DNA of 57,819 nt from the NCBI GenBank assembly GCA_964519225.1, contig CAZFJK010000001.1, positions 21,804 through 79,622 on the forward strand, given 5' to 3'. The notes under the pieces were generated by a model. That model saw nothing but the letters and a program-made list of their open reading frames with translations, had not been told where the DNA came from and ran no database searches. Source of the stretch: an uncultured Methanosarcinales archaeon (GTDB lineage Archaea; Nanobdellota; Nanobdellia; Woesearchaeales; B54-G15). Positions 26,840 through 35,969 of this stretch are shown in pieces. The position numbers and the translations under genes were made by a program. The stretch's first letter is position 1, and every line of letters begins with the position of its first letter.

Positions 26840-27697
26840 ATGGTATACGAAGATTACAAAAGAAATTTGGAAAAAACAAAAAAATTCCCCCTTTATAATC
26901 TTTTGTTAGCTTATGTTATATATAAACGTACAGCTCAAGCGTTAAACAGAGATGAAAACCAAAAACTTCCAAATCCACTAGGAGTATTGGAAGCGTATCA
27001 AAGAAAGGATACAAAAGAGCTTAGCCAGATACTCCAAGAAGTCAAAGAAATCAAAAGAGAGGATGAACTCAAAAAAGTAGCTCTTGAAGCATTCTGCGAA
27101 CTTGCTTCCTATATAGGTGCTTCTCCAAAGAACTTAAAGGAAGTCGAAGAAGAAATCGTAAAATATATTGCTTCTAAGATAGAAAATGTATGCAAAGAAA
27201 AAGGATGCATCAAAGGATTAGAAGAAATATTGAGGCAAATTAAAGAGAATGAAGAAGAAAAAAGCATCTTAGAGTGGCTTGATAGATCAGAGATTCCTTA
27301 TAAGGTAGTTGGTAGAAGAAAAGCCTCTGAGGAATATACAGAAAAAAGATTCTTTGGATTAATTAAAAGAAGGAAAAAAGAAACAAGAACTTATGTAAGA
27401 TTTATCGTTGATTATTTTTTCAACATTATACACAAAGATAAAATCACATCGCAAGCCAGAAAAGCGCTCGAAATCCTTTGCTCTCTTGGCGTTCTAGCCA
27501 GAATTGAAGGAACAGATAGTTATATCCTGCCAAGAGGTTTATGCGAAGTTGAAGAAGCCGAACTTGTCGCACAAGATCCGAGAAGGAAAGAAATACGAAA
27601 AGGGAATTATAAAAGGACAAATCCTATTCAAAAAGCAATAAATCAGCTATACGAAGAACTAGTCATGCCAAGTTATCGTGAGCATCAACAACCTTAA
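26840..27697 (+). CDS. hypothetical protein (285 aa)
   Basis: TTTATAAA at about 26806-26813 puts the start site near the ATG (leaderless). Charged helical protein, no recognisable motif. Confidence 0.55.
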   Translation: MVYEDYKRNLEKTKKFPLYNLLLAYVIYKRTAQALNRDENQKLPNPLGVLEAYQRKDTKELSQILQEVKEIKREDELKKVALEAFCELASYIGASPKNLKEVEEEIVKYIASKIENVCKEKGCIKGLEEILRQIKENEEEKSILEWLDRSEIPYKVVGRRKASEEYTEKRFFGLIKRRKKETRTYVRFIVDYFFNIIHKDKITSQARKALEILCSLGVLARIEGTDSYILPRGLCEVEEAELVAQDPRRKEIRKGNYKRTNPIQKAINQLYEELVMPSYREHQQP

Positions 27698-28550
27698 GCT
27701 TGTCCCTTATCCATTCCCATTCTTTTCCTGCCCTTGCTTCGAAAAGAGCAGTTAAATAATCCTTCTCGCTCTCTTCAACCTTAGCAAACCTATGCGCAAG
27801 AATCAATCCATAAGGATAACCAAGAAAACTTGCATCATTGCTAAAGTTCATCAGCTCTCCAGCAACATCTTTAGCGTGTTTCTTTGCAACATCAAGCTGA
27901 AAAACATACCTGCTCTTTTTATTCAACTTCACAAAAAAAACGTCATCGCCGCTATAAATCCAACAACCATCTCGCTTCATCAATTCTGGAATAAGCTTTC
28001 CTTTTCCAGCATCACTTGTTGTTTTACTCAGGCCACATACAATCTTTCCAAGCTTTTTGGCATCATCAACCAGTGCATTCAAATAGGCCTGTTCATACTT
28101 ATTCTTGCTTCTCAAAGAACCATCCAAAACAACTAAGTCAGCATACTTCAATAATCTTCTCGCAAGTTCAATCTCAGCTATCTTTCTTGCAGTTAAAGCC
28201 GCGCAACTTACATCCTGAAAATCCTCGTAGTAAAAACTTAATCTATCATAAATGCCCAAACCAAAAAACCTAATATCAATACGCGAATTCTTAAAGTCAG
28301 CTAACACAAAACCTTCCCTTCTATCAATGATCTTCTTTCTACCAAAAGCAACGCCGCAAAGCCTAACGAAATGCACTGCAAAATCACTGCTTCTGCACAA
28401 TTCAGCGTTTCCACCATCAATAAAAAGAATATTGCCAACCGACTCTTTCCTCTCCAATTCCATAAATGACCCAGTATCATATCTAAGCACTCCAGTTCCT
28501 ACCCTTTGCTTCAAAAACAACAAAACCTTTTTCAATAGATGCCTCATCAA
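27663..28550 (-). CDS. nurA: NurA-domain 5'-3' nuclease
   Basis: ILFIDGGNAEL, EIELARRLL, LVVLDGSLR and GYPYGLILAHRFAK match the Asp/Glu/Asp/His NurA motifs. True start may be an internal Met. Confidence 0.7.
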   Translation of the reverse strand: MMRHLLKKVLLFLKQRVGTGVLRYDTGSFMELERKESVGNILFIDGGNAELCRSSDFAVHFVRLCGVAFGRKKIIDRREGFVLADFKNSRIDIRFFGLGIYDRLSFYYEDFQDVSCAALTARKIAEIELARRLLKYADLVVLDGSLRSKNKYEQAYLNALVDDAKKLGKIVCGLSKTTSDAGKGKLIPELMKRDGCWIYSGDDVFFVKLNKKSRYVFQLDVAKKHAKDVAGELMNFSNDASFLGYPYGLILAHRFAKVEESEKDYLTALFEARAGKEWEWIRDKLKVVDAHDNLA

Positions 28551-28588
28551 AAGGAAAAACTTAACGATTAACTAAAAATTTTTTGAAA

Positions 28589-30766
28589 ATGGAGTTAATA
28601 ATCTGCGAAAAGCCAAAAGCAGCATTTCAAATAGCGTTAGCCTTGTCTGATGGAAAAGCAACAAAAAAGAATTATAAAGGAGTCCCGTTCTACGAAATAA
28701 AACACAAAGGAGATTCGATTACAGTCGGCGCAGCAGCAGGTCATCTTTTCACACTTGCTGAAAAAGAAAAAAACAAATGGACATATCCAATATTTAACAT
28801 TGAATGGAAACCAATACCAGAAGTTAACAAAAAAGCAAAATACGCAAAGAATTTCATTGATGCGCTTGGCTTTCTCGCAAAAAAAGCAACCTCTTTTACA
28901 ATAGCTTGCGACTACGACATAGAAGGTGAAGTTATCGGATGGAACATCCTCAGGTTTATTTGCAAAACAGAAAAAGCATCACGAATGAAATTCTCAACCC
29001 TAACAAAACCAGATTTGCTCAAAGCGTATGAAAACAAACTTCCAACGATCGATTGGGGTCAAGCCCACGCAGGAGAAGCAAGACATTATCTCGATTATTA
29101 TTACGGAATCAACCTAAGCAGGGCATTAACGAATGCAATAAAATCAGCTGGCTCGTTCAAGGTAATGTCAACAGGCCGCGTTCAGGGACCAGCCTTAAAA
29201 CTAATCGTCGATAGAGAAAAGCTAATCAAAGCATTTGTCCCGCAACCTTTCTGGCAGATTCAACTTACTGCTATAGAGCAAAGTAAAAAGATCATTGCTT
29301 TGCATGAAAAAGAAAGCATCTTCAACCAAGACGAAGCAAAAAAAATCTTTGAAAAGGTAAAGGACGCAAAAGAAGCTACAATCATAGATATAAAGAAAAA
29401 AACATCAAAGCAGCTTCCACCAACGCCTTTTGACTTAACAACATTGCAAACAGAAGCGTATCGTTGCTTTGGTATTTCACCTACACAAACGCTCAGTATA
29501 GCCCAGCAACTTTATCTTGCTGGGTTAATCTCATATCCAAGAACAAGCAGCCAGCAACTTCCGGCAAAAATAGGATTCAAACGAATTCTCAATGAATTAG
29601 CAAAAAACCCGAACTACACTAATTTAGTAAATCAACTTCTTGCCAAAAAAACACTCTCTCCGCGAAATGGAAAGAAAAAAGACCCGGCGCATCCTGCAAT
29701 ATATCCTACAGGAATTCAGCCAAAAAGCCTCACAAAAAACCAGCAACGCATCTATGATTTAATTGTTAAAAGGACACTAGCAACATTTGCAGAGTCAGCA
29801 GAAAGAACAACAATAACCATAAAAATATCATGCAAAGGTGAAACTTTCATAGCAAAAGGAACAAGAACAACAAAACCCGGATGGCATCTGTTTTATAAAC
29901 CGTACGTTGACTTAAAAGAAGAAGAACTGCCAGAACTAATTGAAAAGCAAATTATTTCAGTCAAAAAAATCGAACTATTGAAAAAAACAACAAAGCCACC
30001 AAAAAGATATACTCAAGCGAGCATAATCAAAGAACTCGAATCTCGCAATCTTGGCACGAAAGCAACAAGAGCACAGATAATCCAAACGCTATACGAAAGA
30101 GGTTACATACAAGGAAAATCAATTAAAGCAACAGAACTCGGCATTGCTCTTGTCGAAACGCTAGGCAAGTATTGTCCGTCTGTTCTCGATGAAAAACTAA
30201 CAAGACGTTTTGAACAAGAAATGGAGGAAATAAGAGAAAACAAAAAAACTACCGAACAGGTTATCTCAGAAGCAAAAAAAATCTTAACTAAGATACTCAA
30301 CGAATTCAAGAAAAAAGAAGAAGCTATCGGAAAGTCTCTTCTTGCTGCAAAAAGGGAGCAACAAAGAGAAGAAGAAACCATTGGTGTATGTCCTGTCTGT
30401 AAAGAAGGTGTTCTTCGCATAAAGAAAGGAAAGTACGGAAAATTCATCGCTTGTGACAACTATCCAAACTGCAAGACCATATTTAACATTCCAAAAGGCG
30501 CAAAGGTAAGCCCAACATCAGAGAAATGTCCAAAATGTGGATTTCCCATAATCGTAATAAAACAAAATAAGCGTTCAAAAAAGATATGTCTTAATCCAGA
30601 ATGTCCTGGAAAAGAGCAAATCAAAAAAACAAAGCGGAAATGTCCTCTATGTAAAAAAGGTAATCTCATAGTCAAAAAATCAATATATGGACCATTCCTT
30701 GCATGCGACCGTTATCCGAAATGCAAATATACAGAAAAAATTTCTAAATCTAAATCTTCAAAATAG
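28589..30766 (+). CDS. topA: type IA DNA topoisomerase with three C-terminal zinc ribbons
   Basis: Toprim (LIICEKP...DYDIEGE), active-site Tyr region GLISYPRTSSQQL, three CxxC...CxxC ribbons (CPVCKEG..CDNYPNC, CPKCG..CLNPEC, CPLCKKG..CDRYPKC). Confidence 0.95.
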   Translation: MELIICEKPKAAFQIALALSDGKATKKNYKGVPFYEIKHKGDSITVGAAAGHLFTLAEKEKNKWTYPIFNIEWKPIPEVNKKAKYAKNFIDALGFLAKKATSFTIACDYDIEGEVIGWNILRFICKTEKASRMKFSTLTKPDLLKAYENKLPTIDWGQAHAGEARHYLDYYYGINLSRALTNAIKSAGSFKVMSTGRVQGPALKLIVDREKLIKAFVPQPFWQIQLTAIEQSKKIIALHEKESIFNQDEAKKIFEKVKDAKEATIIDIKKKTSKQLPPTPFDLTTLQTEAYRCFGISPTQTLSIAQQLYLAGLISYPRTSSQQLPAKIGFKRILNELAKNPNYTNLVNQLLAKKTLSPRNGKKKDPAHPAIYPTGIQPKSLTKNQQRIYDLIVKRTLATFAESAERTTITIKISCKGETFIAKGTRTTKPGWHLFYKPYVDLKEEELPELIEKQIISVKKIELLKKTTKPPKRYTQASIIKELESRNLGTKATRAQIIQTLYERGYIQGKSIKATELGIALVETLGKYCPSVLDEKLTRRFEQEMEEIRENKKTTEQVISEAKKILTKILNEFKKKEEAIGKSLLAAKREQQREEETIGVCPVCKEGVLRIKKGKYGKFIACDNYPNCKTIFNIPKGAKVSPTSEKCPKCGFPIIVIKQNKRSKKICLNPECPGKEQIKKTKRKCPLCKKGNLIVKKSIYGPFLACDRYPKCKYTEKISKSKSSK

Positions 30767-32048
30767 AAAAATCTTTCACCTTCTTTTTAATCCACTCGTC
30801 TTTTAACAACTTTGTTAGCAATTGTTCTGGCTTAACAAAGAGTCTTTTCACAACCGCATAAATTCTACCTTTTTTAACAAAAAATTTTGCTCCTTTATGC
30901 GCCATTCTAAAATTTTGAACTTCCTTCTTCATCTTTATCGGCGGGCCTGCAAGCTTTTTTTCCTTTGAAAGAGGAACTTCCTTAAACATAAACCAAAAAT
31001 ACACTTCCTTAGCTTTATCCCACCACCATCCTTTTTCTTTAAGCTTGAATCCGTAATCAACAAGCTTCATACACAGATATTCAAAGGCTTTTAGCAGTTT
31101 GCTTCCAACAACATCTTCTTTCCCCTCAAATGGGATTGTCTTTACAGTAACCAAATAGAGACTCTTTTTATTTGCAAGCGCTTTCAGATTATTTAGCTCA
31201 AATTTGCGCTCAACAAAAAAATCTAAAGATGGTTTTTTGAGAAATTTTCTTGCAGCCAAAACAAAAAGCCGAAACTTCTCATCGCTTAAAGCAGCAGTCA
31301 CATTCCTATCTTTTTGAACAGGGTCTACAATCACTAATCGCGACTGCAACTTTGCAACATTAATGCTTTTCAGGATATCATTTCTGTTTTTATAATGTTT
31401 TGCTGGGTCAAGCAAAATCTTTTTCTTTCCAAGCCAGTCCTTTGCATTCCGCAATAAATCTAGAAACCCGCCACTCTGAATGGTCAGAATCTCACAGGCA
31501 TAGCCAGAAAACCCTCTAATGTAACTTTCCGCACCATAAACCCCATTTGCCTTGCAAAATAATTTGACCAACCTTATCTGATCGGCAAGTTTTCTATTGT
31601 GCTTTATCTTTGACTTCACCCATTTCACATGAAACAAACTAACATCAGTAATATTAACAGCCTCATCTACATTTCGTATAGCCAGTATTGGAATAACCTC
31701 AAAAATTAGATCATCTTGTTTTACCCTAAAATAATCCCTGCTTCCATGTAAACGTTCATAATTCCCAAAGGCTCTTTTAACATATTTCTCAAGTAGATCA
31801 GATAGTTTATTGCTCTTGTCCTTGAATTTATTATAATTGAAACAGACGTAAACATCGACATCTTTTGCGCCCCTCAGCCATGTACCCTTAGCAAAACTTC
31901 CTCCAACAACAACCTTCGCCTTTAAACCCCTACATACCCTGCTTAATCTGTTAACAAACCAAAGACTCTTTTCCTTAACGAACTTTTCCTCATCACGCGT
32001 CGGTTTTGCTAACTTCTCTGCTTCTACCAAAACAGATTTAAAATCCAT
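30750..32048 (-). CDS. cca: CCA-adding tRNA nucleotidyltransferase (archaeal class I)
   Basis: GSFAKGTWLRGAKDVDVYV motif and archaeal CCA enzyme length. Consistent with both tRNA genes lacking encoded CCA. Confidence 0.9.
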   Translation of the reverse strand: MDFKSVLVEAEKLAKPTRDEEKFVKEKSLWFVNRLSRVCRGLKAKVVVGGSFAKGTWLRGAKDVDVYVCFNYNKFKDKSNKLSDLLEKYVKRAFGNYERLHGSRDYFRVKQDDLIFEVIPILAIRNVDEAVNITDVSLFHVKWVKSKIKHNRKLADQIRLVKLFCKANGVYGAESYIRGFSGYACEILTIQSGGFLDLLRNAKDWLGKKKILLDPAKHYKNRNDILKSINVAKLQSRLVIVDPVQKDRNVTAALSDEKFRLFVLAARKFLKKPSLDFFVERKFELNNLKALANKKSLYLVTVKTIPFEGKEDVVGSKLLKAFEYLCMKLVDYGFKLKEKGWWWDKAKEVYFWFMFKEVPLSKEKKLAGPPIKMKKEVQNFRMAHKGAKFFVKKGRIYAVVKRLFVKPEQLLTKLLKDEWIKKKVKDFSILKI

Positions 32049-32111
32049 TTTTGATAAAAAGAAAAATAAATCTTATATAAAAGATTGCTATTTTTGCATA
32101 AAAAAGGGAAG

Positions 32112-33338
32112 ATGGAACAAACAATCATCTATCTCGGGTTCATAGGAATAATTCTTTTCATTGGTATTATCTGCACAGCAATCGCAAGAAAGCTAAAACT
32201 ACCCTCATTCATGTTCCTTCTTATAGTCGGTGTTATCCTGGGAAACATAACTATAAAAGGAAAACCGCTTATATACTTTGACCCACTCTTTCTTGCTTCA
32301 TTAGCAACACTGACTCTTGCTTTAGTTGTTTTCGAAGCATCAAGCAAATTTAAACTAAAAGAATTTGATGCTCTCTCATGGCAAGCTCTAAAGCTCACAT
32401 TAATATTTTTTGCATTTCTCTTGGTTTTTCTTTCAATAGCATCCAAGTTTATTTTTCCGAACCTCTCTTGGCCTTTGGCTGTACTTTTTTCAGCTACAAT
32501 GATCGGCAGTACTCCACCACTATTTTTTGTCATTAAAAAAATAAGAGTATTCAGACTCCTTGAAGTCGAAGCAATATTAAACACACCATTAGGTATTGTT
32601 ATACCATTCCTAATTGCAGATTTTCTAGCTAAAGCCAAAAAAGTAACTTTCTTAGGGGTTTCAACACAGCTTACTTCCCTATTGCAACAATACATCGTTG
32701 CCATCGGTGTTGGCATGCTTCTTGGAATTATCATATTCAAATTAATGCAGAAGATATATCATTACAGAGTCGTTTCACAGCTCGCAATACTCACAGCAGC
32801 AATCCTCACTTATGTAATTGCTGAACTATTCGAAGGGAGTGGCGTACTTGCAGTAACAACAATGGGCCTATTCTTCGGGAATGTATACATAACCCACAAA
32901 AGAAAACTTCTTGAATTTTCAGAGACCCTTTCATACATACTTGAAATAATTGTATTCATTATGATCGGATTCACAATCAAAATTTCTTTTACACCAGCAT
33001 TCATAGCAAGATCCTTATTGCTCTTTGGAATATTTATTTTAATCAGATACATCGTCGTTAACATTTCATTCAGAAAAGGATTTACAGAACGCGAGAAAAT
33101 CTTCATAACCTTGAACGCGCCAAAAGGCATAGCTGTTGCAGCTTTGGTATTTAGCCTCGCGCTTAAAATAGCAGCAGTCCCGGACCTTAATCTCGTTCTT
33201 GATTTAATCCTTATAACTTTGTTCTACTCGGTCATTCTATCCACGATTGTCGTACGATTATCAAAATATTTCATAAAAGTAGAGATAACAGAAGAGGAAC
33301 AAATAAAAGAACCAAAACCAAAGAAAAAGAAAAAATGA
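32112..33338 (+). CDS. cation:proton antiporter (Na+/H+ exchanger family)
   Basis: Multi-pass hydrophobic protein with a CPA1-like layout. ATG 32112 (MEQTIIYLG) preferred. Lys-rich tail. Confidence 0.8.
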   Translation: MEQTIIYLGFIGIILFIGIICTAIARKLKLPSFMFLLIVGVILGNITIKGKPLIYFDPLFLASLATLTLALVVFEASSKFKLKEFDALSWQALKLTLIFFAFLLVFLSIASKFIFPNLSWPLAVLFSATMIGSTPPLFFVIKKIRVFRLLEVEAILNTPLGIVIPFLIADFLAKAKKVTFLGVSTQLTSLLQQYIVAIGVGMLLGIIIFKLMQKIYHYRVVSQLAILTAAILTYVIAELFEGSGVLAVTTMGLFFGNVYITHKRKLLEFSETLSYILEIIVFIMIGFTIKISFTPAFIARSLLLFGIFILIRYIVVNISFRKGFTEREKIFITLNAPKGIAVAALVFSLALKIAAVPDLNLVLDLILITLFYSVILSTIVVRLSKYFIKVEITEEEQIKEPKPKKKKK

Positions 33339-34111
33339 TTCGATTTGGTCCTGCAGGATTTGGAATGCCGCCGCTGGAAGGACTTGAACACACAAAAGAG
33401 CTCGGCCTTACTGCAGCAGAAATCGAATTCACCTATGGAGTAAGAATGAATAACAAAACTGCCGAGCAAGTCGGTATGCGAGCGAAAAAGCTTGGCATAG
33501 CTTTAAGCGTACATGCGCCATACTACATTAACCTTGCAACGCCAGATAAGAAAAAACTTACCAATTCTTATAGAAATATTCTTCAATCATGCGAGAGAGC
33601 ACATTTTATGCACGCAAATCCTGTTGTCTTTCATGCTGCTTTCTACGGAAAACTCAAAAAAGACGAATGTTATCAACTTGTAAAGCAGCGTATTCTCGAA
33701 TTAAAAGATCAAATAAAAAAACAAGGTTTTAAAGTTAAGCTGGCGCCTGAAACAACAGGAAAGCCAACGCAGTTCGGATCATTTGAGGAAATAATGCAGC
33801 TCGTCCATGAAACAAAATGCTCTTTCTGCGTTGATTTTGCTCACCTCTACGCAAGAAATATCGGAAAGCTCGATTATGATCAACTTTTCAAACAGCTTAA
33901 GCGATTTAAACATATTCATGCCCATTTCAGCGGAATAGAATACACCGAGAAAGGTGAAAAACGCCACATTCCACTGAAAAAAGCCTTTTTCTTACCGTTG
34001 GCAAAGGCCCTCTTTAAATATAAACCAGATATCACTATAATCAATGAAAGCCCGGACATCTATGGTGATGCTGTTAAAATGAAAAAATGGTTAGAAGAAC
34101 TAAAAAGATAA
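33335..34111 (+). CDS. TIM-barrel AP endonuclease family 2 (endonuclease IV-like)
   Basis: MIRFGPAGFG N-terminus, SVHAPYYINL, VVFHAAFY, APETTGK, CVDFAHL, HAHFSGIEY pattern. Confidence 0.8.
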   Translation: MIRFGPAGFGMPPLEGLEHTKELGLTAAEIEFTYGVRMNNKTAEQVGMRAKKLGIALSVHAPYYINLATPDKKKLTNSYRNILQSCERAHFMHANPVVFHAAFYGKLKKDECYQLVKQRILELKDQIKKQGFKVKLAPETTGKPTQFGSFEEIMQLVHETKCSFCVDFAHLYARNIGKLDYDQLFKQLKRFKHIHAHFSGIEYTEKGEKRHIPLKKAFFLPLAKALFKYKPDITIINESPDIYGDAVKMKKWLEELKR

Positions 34112-34491
34112 TTCTAGACACAAATTTCCTAATGATTCCAGAGACTTTGAAGATAGATATAGTAAGTGAGATAAACAAGGCATGTGAATTTAATTATGAA
34201 TTTCTTGTCCTAGATAAGAGCATCGACGAACTTAAAAAGATATCTAAAACAGGAAAAGGAAAGGAAAAAAGAGCAGCTAAAACAGGTCTTGCTTTGATTA
34301 GGAAAAAAGGCTTCAAGGTTATAAGAACAATAAATTATGAAAAAGGACTTGATGTTGATAGCATACTTGTTGAGGAAGCAAAAAAAGGAGCGATTATAGC
34401 AACACAAGACGCAGGACTTAAAAAAAGGTTGAAGAAAATCAAAGTTCCATACATAACGTTGAGACAAAAGAAGTATGTTGTTATAAAGTGA
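34087..34491 (+). CDS. PIN-domain protein, Fcf1/Utp24-like
   Basis: IILDTNFLM (N-terminal Asp), central acidic residues and IIATQDAGLKKRLKKIKVPYITL C-terminal motif. Confidence 0.7.
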   Translation: MVRRTKKIILDTNFLMIPETLKIDIVSEINKACEFNYEFLVLDKSIDELKKISKTGKGKEKRAAKTGLALIRKKGFKVIRTINYEKGLDVDSILVEEAKKGAIIATQDAGLKKRLKKIKVPYITLRQKKYVVIK

Positions 34492-34505
34492 AATACTCAC
34501 CTTGA

Positions 34506-35969
34506 TTATTTTACTATAATATCTTCTTCATTGGGACCATTGGAAATCAAAACAACATTACACCCAGTTTTTTCTTCTATTTCATTTAATGTATTTCGTA
34601 CTTCTTGTGGAAATCCTTCATAATCTCTGATCCCTCTCAAACTATTTTTGTACCAAGGTCTTTTTTCAAAAGAACCAATGCAATTTTTCAAAACATAGGA
34701 ATCGGTAGGAAAGTTCCTTATAATGCCCCCTTGAGAATAAGCCTTTCCATTCGACCACGTCCCTATTCCCTGATAAATATATTTATCACAAATATTGATT
34801 GCAGGTAAAGGACAGCAATCGATTTTTGTCAAAATGATGTTAGGTCCATTCATTCTTACAGCATATCTAAGAGCAACAAGATCAATCCAGCCAATCCGTC
34901 TAGGTCTTCCAGTAGTTGCTCCATACTCTTTTCCTTTTAAGCGTAAAAAAACTCTAAGAGAATTTTGATCGCCTGAAAGTGCTTTTTCTTTTAACCCATT
35001 CAAATCATAATTTTGCTCTTCTTTATAGCTCCTATCATTAGCTTCAGTGCCTATCTCTGTCGGCATTGGTCCGTTTCCAACACGCGTCATAACAGGAAAT
35101 TTCACCACACCAAATACTTTTAAATCATTTCCTAAATTAGCAGGTAAACCTGCTCCTGCAACAACATGAAGAGCGCTACAACAAGAAGAAGTAACATAGG
35201 GATATGTCCCCTCTTCTATTCCGAGAAGGAGTCCCTGCGCTCCTTCAACAACTATTCTTTTTCCATTTTTAAAGAACTCATACATCTCCTTAGATGCATC
35301 ACATACAAAAGGGCCAATTTCTTTTCCTACTTCTATTAGATTCTCGATTATCGCTTCTAAACAAATCTTGCCTTGAGTTATGAATCTTCCGACGGCAGGA
35401 TGACCAGAAATTCTTTCGAGCGATTCTGGGTCAAACGAATAGGAGTCGCGTAAGCGAGATAATCTTTCTTTAAGAACATCTGGATTCATTAAATCATTTA
35501 TTCTTATATTGTTTCTTCCAGCCCTATCCCTGTATGCAGGACCTACGCCTCTTCCTGTGGTACCAATTTTTTTATTGTAGCAATCTGCAACTATATGTAA
35601 GGGGGTGATTACAGAAGCATAACCACTTACTCTTAATTTATCTACCTTAACGCCTTTATTTTTAAGAGTATTAATTTCTTCAAGTAACACAAAAGGATCT
35701 ATAACTGTACCGGGTCCAATAATATTATACACATCAGGATTAAAAATACCACAGGGAATTAAATGTAAAATTACTTCTTCGTTATTTAAAACAACTGTGT
35801 GCCCCGCATTATTCCCTCCATTTCCTCTCGCTACAACATCAGCCCACTCTTTTGCCAAGTAATTAACTATTTTTCCCTTTCCGGTATCGCCCCATTGGTT
35901 ACAAACTATTGCTACAACCCGAGCATCCTTTAAAACAGAAAACAAACTCTTATCCATTTTTATATTCAA
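34506..35969 (-). CDS. purA: adenylosuccinate synthetase (long, bacterial-like form with insertion)
   Basis: QWGDTGKGK, GGNNAGHTV, TTGRGVGPAY, EGAQG, YPYVTSS, GATTGRPRRIGW. Confidence 0.9.
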   Translation of the reverse strand: MNIKMDKSLFSVLKDARVVAIVCNQWGDTGKGKIVNYLAKEWADVVARGNGGNNAGHTVVLNNEEVILHLIPCGIFNPDVYNIIGPGTVIDPFVLLEEINTLKNKGVKVDKLRVSGYASVITPLHIVADCYNKKIGTTGRGVGPAYRDRAGRNNIRINDLMNPDVLKERLSRLRDSYSFDPESLERISGHPAVGRFITQGKICLEAIIENLIEVGKEIGPFVCDASKEMYEFFKNGKRIVVEGAQGLLLGIEEGTYPYVTSSCCSALHVVAGAGLPANLGNDLKVFGVVKFPVMTRVGNGPMPTEIGTEANDRSYKEEQNYDLNGLKEKALSGDQNSLRVFLRLKGKEYGATTGRPRRIGWIDLVALRYAVRMNGPNIILTKIDCCPLPAINICDKYIYQGIGTWSNGKAYSQGGIIRNFPTDSYVLKNCIGSFEKRPWYKNSLRGIRDYEGFPQEVRNTLNEIEEKTGCNVVLISNGPNEEDIIVK

